DNA of 64,000 nucleotides from positions 220,968,001 to 221,032,000 of the forward strand of contig NC_091288.1 of the NCBI RefSeq assembly GCF_032444005.1. The letters are read 5' to 3'. Of this stretch, positions 44,766-64,000 are shown in pieces (within the stretch, counting starts at the first letter, position 1; each line of letters begins with the position of its first letter). The DNA comes from Ranitomeya imitator (taxonomy: Eukaryota). Made by a program: the position numbers and the translations under genes. A model generated the notes under the pieces. It ran no database searches, had not been told where the DNA came from, and saw only the letters and a program-made list of their open reading frames with translations.

Positions 44766-46016
44766 TGTTCTCGGTACCGGGCCTCTACGGTTCGGTTCTT
44801 AGGCTGTCACGGTGGCTAGACCGGTCCACGACCCTGCTAAGGGGCGTCCAATAAAGGTGGTACAGTCTGTCAGGGATTCGTGACGCCACCTGTGGTGTTC
44901 AGTCAGGGTGACCGACACTGCTGTGGGGTCCGCTGGGGTGATGGAATGGCAGCCGGATGGTATACCTTCCCACAGGTGAAGTATGTCCCTAGGGCTTCCC
45001 AGTAAGGTGGATGGTGATGGTGTGAGGTGCATGCAATAACAAGGACACAAGGTTGTAGTCTCTTTACCTCTTTACTGAAGACTTCAGGATCCTCAATCCA
45101 GAGCACGGTTAACAGGGCTGTCTGAGACCGGCCGTTCCGATGGGCACATCCAGAGTTCCCTTTGCAGGTGGAAATCGTTGTCTACCACTAGCGCCTGTGT
45201 GTTGTAGTGCTACCCTGCTGAGCATTCGGAATAGTCCTCACAACTTCTGTTCTCATTCGTTCGTTCTTTCTAGTTCTTTCTCTCTATCTCTTTCTTGTTC
45301 CAGATCTTACTAGTTTCTCGTCCCCCAGGTATGCTATGGCTGGGACGCACCCGTATGATGGGAAGGCTCGGAGCTCTTCCGGGACCCTAGAGACGCCCCT
45401 CTCCACGCGTTGCCCCCTATGTCTTCGTAGGAAATTTAAGGTAGACAGCCAACCTATAATTAACTGTCCTGCGGAGTTCGAAGTAAGGCATAGAGTCAGT
45501 TACTTCCGCGGTGTTCCGGCCACTGGTTACGCGCCTCAGTAGGATGTTGCCTCGGTCTCACAGCAAGACTCCTACTGGCTCTCTTTTGTGCTTAATCTCG
45601 TTTCTCACTGTTCCACGATATCCTTCGCTTCGTGTCTCTTTCTTAGGATACCGCCGCAAGGTAGTGCAGGCGCGGTTCCGTAACGTTCCGCTCTGTTCGC
45701 TAGGCACCTGCCAGGTTCCCACGCCTGACAGGGACCCCCCTGTGTCTTCTCCCTGCAACACCCCCTGCCATGGGATGTTGCCTGAATCCAACCCAATCAG
45801 CTTCTGACTAACTTCCTATCCAACCCCTAGTTTTACCAGTGTGGGGAGTGGCCCAATAAATAAAGCCTTTTTCTCCCCCTAGTGGCCGGAGTGTGAAGTG
45901 TAATGTGTGCTGGTGATACCTGGTCAGAAGAACTCCTTTAGTGCCATCAGACGTACCATCACTCCCCTTAGTGGCAGAGTGCCATACTGCAACGACCAGG
46001 TCTCTGGGGCGCTGCA
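44766..46016 (-). mobile_element. probable truncated solo LTR of a Gypsy-type element
   Basis: GC-richer non-coding block. One end reads TGCAGCGCCCCAGAGACCTGG… on the minus strand; the other end is fused directly to the minisatellite without a matching terminus. Confidence 0.5.
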
Positions 46017-46019
46017 TGA

Positions 46020-46470
46020 CCACAAGTATTATGACGCGGCATCCTTTATTCATGGAGGGCAGAATCGGACCAGTGAAAAGCTTTATGGTTCTCTAGTTCT
46101 TGTTACTGAGCATTTTCAGAAGTTTAGAGGGGCTACTCGGAATTTCTTATGGGGAGGAAGAAAACCTCAGGAGAAGATGAGCTTATCGCATCTACAGGAA
46201 TGTTCTCCATTATCGCATAAATTACTTTTTAAGGCATTTTGTAATTTCTTTTCATGGTATAAATTTGGACTTTTTTGGAAAAAGTTCTATCTATAAAAGT
46301 TCTCGGTTCTGATATCAGTAAATCGTTCAGGCTTCCTCCATAATAGAAGTTCAAAAAGGTATGAGGATAAAATATTGACTTTGCGGGAGCAAGAAGGGAA
46401 AGGGGTTCAGAAGAGGTCACACGGTGAAATATCCCCGAGAATCACTGGAAAAGTATCATAGAGACACTGG
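46020..46470 (+). mobile_element. possible decayed L1/Tx1-type LINE ORF2 remnant
   Basis: The peptide …FRGATRNFLWGGRKP… resembles the FLW-x-GKKPR segment of L1-clade ORF2; only a short motif. Confidence 0.3.
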
Positions 46471-46843
46471 GAACGCTACGAGAGAGTCTGAGTAAAAATG
46501 CTGAAAAAGCAAAATCTGAAGGTTTCTTCCTGCGACGTGCAGTGCGCTGTTTGAAGATTAGGAGATGGTTTTGTGAATTATTGGCCTGACGCGAGGGTCG
46601 TCACACACAACACCTTGGATTAATAGATTTCGCGTCCGTCATTGTTTTGCCAGTTTCACGGCAGCGCTGTTTATCTTATGATCTACTTTGTGATGATTGA
46701 GATTACAGAATTTTCTTTAGTGTTTCCTGTTATTGCTTTTTCTATAGCCTGAAGTGATTGATGAGTTTTTTTACTTTGTTATGTAAACTATCAGTTACTA
46801 AGTAATTGAGCTTTCCCTATGTAATGATTAGATATGAAACCTC

Positions 46844-46850
46844 TATAAAA
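46844..46850 (+). promoter_or_regulatory. TATA box of protease gene E
   Basis: TATAAAA at the same spacing from the ATG as in gene B. Confidence 0.6.
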
Positions 46851-46885
46851 CGGGTATCTCGATCAGATCAACCAGACAGGAGAGT

Positions 46886-62076
<15,191 letters not shown>

Positions 62077-64000
62077 GTGAGGGGCCGATGCTTTATAGGT
62101 CTTCGCTTAAAATAATGGAGATATTTCCAGTAATCATTGACCGGTATTTTGCAGTTGTATGAAAAAGTTTGAGCATCAGTTAGAGTAGTCAGACTGCGGA
62201 GTGTCCGACCATGAGAGGTGGTAATGGCCGACACTGTATCGGCATTTACAATATGTCATTGTCAGTTATAAATAGTGATAAGGAACGTAAAACTGGAGGA
62301 GAAAGGAAGAACTTGATGCGTGTCACTGTGGGCGGATTCATGAGGTCATCAGGGTGGGCGTCATCTTGGATATCAGCACATGGTCTGCTGATACAGGAAA
62401 TGGCAGCCATCTTTAGTGTCTTACTTTGATCTGAGAAAGCTTATGTAAGGTTAAACAATACACGTTATGGGTTGCTTCTCTCAATCTCTTATGTCTTGAG
62501 GTTAATTAAGTATTTGATTTTATGGCTCTCCTCAACATTAGCAGGACTTCCACAGACAGTCTGTGCATTAGGCAGGTCCTCGGGAATGCCCTGGTGTTCC
62601 CCCTGTCACACTGTATATGGAGCTAGCCTTTGCTCAATCAAAGGTCCCTGGTTTGCATCCATGGAGTAGCTGCTGCCCAGTAGAGCAAGTTGCCAGTTGT
62701 GAGCAAACCTGATCTAGACCAAATGATGGAACCGAGGATAAAATCAGCAGGCAAGGATGCAGTCAGGATGATAGTCAAGGAAAAAAGCAAGGGTTCAGCA
62801 AGTTGGGTCAAGGCCAGAGAAAAAGAACCAGTGACAGAATCATCAGGTGATAGAAGGGTCTAGTAATCCAGAGTCAATTCAAGGGAATCATTGGGCGCGT
62901 CTTGGCTGGCCAGCAAGTATGATGCCCACTATACTGTAAGACGAAAACAATGCACTGATTTGGGTGGCACAAAGTGCTGTCAGCACCATCAGCTCTAACT
63001 TCTCCTATGTCAGCAATAAGCAAGTGGGGTGAACAGCCCAAATAATCTACTATCGTGCTACAACAGTATGAAAAACCTGATCAAATAACCAAAAAAGCAA
63101 AGCAACTTCTCCTGCGTCAACACCCCTCATCAAGTAAATAAGGCAGCACACTGCAGCGCTAAAACATGCAAACATGAAATATGAAAATTTACTTGCATTA
63201 CTGCACTAGAAATATGAAAAATGAGAGCGTTTAGCGCATAAAAATGGCCAATTTTATGTGTACCGCAAAAAAACCCGGTAAGTGTAAAAGAAGCCTTATA
63301 AAGGGCTTTTTGGGCTTTGAAAACCCATTTCAGGCATTCTCAGCTAGATGGGGACCTTGTTGTGGAATCTTCATTAATTAGCCAGAGGAGAAAATGACTA
63401 CCACAAGTTTTTTTTTCATGTAAAAGTTGTATCTTATCGTTTTGTACAAAAGCTTAGGCATCTTTGGTTTAACACTAGAAGTCCCAGAGAGGGGTCATTT
63501 AACATTTCTACCTTTGGAACCTTTGGAGCTCGAAATTTCTGGGACTTCTAGTGTTAATTCAAAGACTTGTTGATTTTTCAGTCGAAGCACAGTTAACCTG
63601 ACCCTCCACCCTGGGACATCTGTCATATATAGTCACCATGCCTTGCGCCCATCATCTGCTTCCTTGTTCAGACTTGGCATTTGTTCCTCACGCTTCCTAG
63701 ATGACCACGATACTGGCACAGTGATAGATGTAAACCATGGCTCCTCTGCCTTTCCTGAGTTGCAGGATAATAAAGGCAGGGAAGATGAGGTCCAGACTCA
63801 CCACTGCACTGCCTGGTGGTGATCATCTTGGAAGCCCAGATCTGACGAGGAGGCGATCGTCTACCTAAAAGGGACTTGTTAAAATTATAGCACATGATTT
63901 TTGCCAAACTCTTCACATTGCGGAAGCGTCTTCTGCTGTTCTGTGACCACATGACACATTTTGTTGCTTGGGGATGTTTGTTGTAAAGCCTCCCGTTTAG

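Overview
This is vertebrate genomic DNA, most likely anuran; that assignment is inferred from the transposon repertoire and gene style. The window holds a cluster of four multi-exon trypsin-family (S1A) serine protease genes of the prostasin/PRSS27/PRSS33/tryptase-locus type. Gene A (+, 4994-7483) lacks an identifiable exon 1. Gene B (+, 13417-30575) is complete. Gene C (-, 32701-36914) is a pseudogene. Gene E (+, 46886 to beyond 64000) is a recent duplicate of B whose last exon falls outside the window. About half of the window is transposable elements. These are an intact Tc1 (DD34E), a deleted Tc1, two CR1 LINE 3' fragments, a near-intact Gmr1-type Ty3/Gypsy (integrase before RT) in an intron of B, and an intact chromodomain Gypsy with an apparent self-priming PBS in an intron of E. 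There is also a 5'-truncated Penelope-like element with inverted pseudo-LTRs carrying hammerhead-like cores, several Harbinger-type MITEs, solo or partial LTRs and minisatellites. The most unusual object is a 5.6-kb retrovirus-like LTR element (39092-44728). It has 538-bp LTRs, a 5-bp TSD, a tRNA-Arg-like PBS, a splice donor just before a decayed gag-like frame, a very AT-rich decayed interior and a possible env remnant. All alignments and counts were done by eye; no searches were run.
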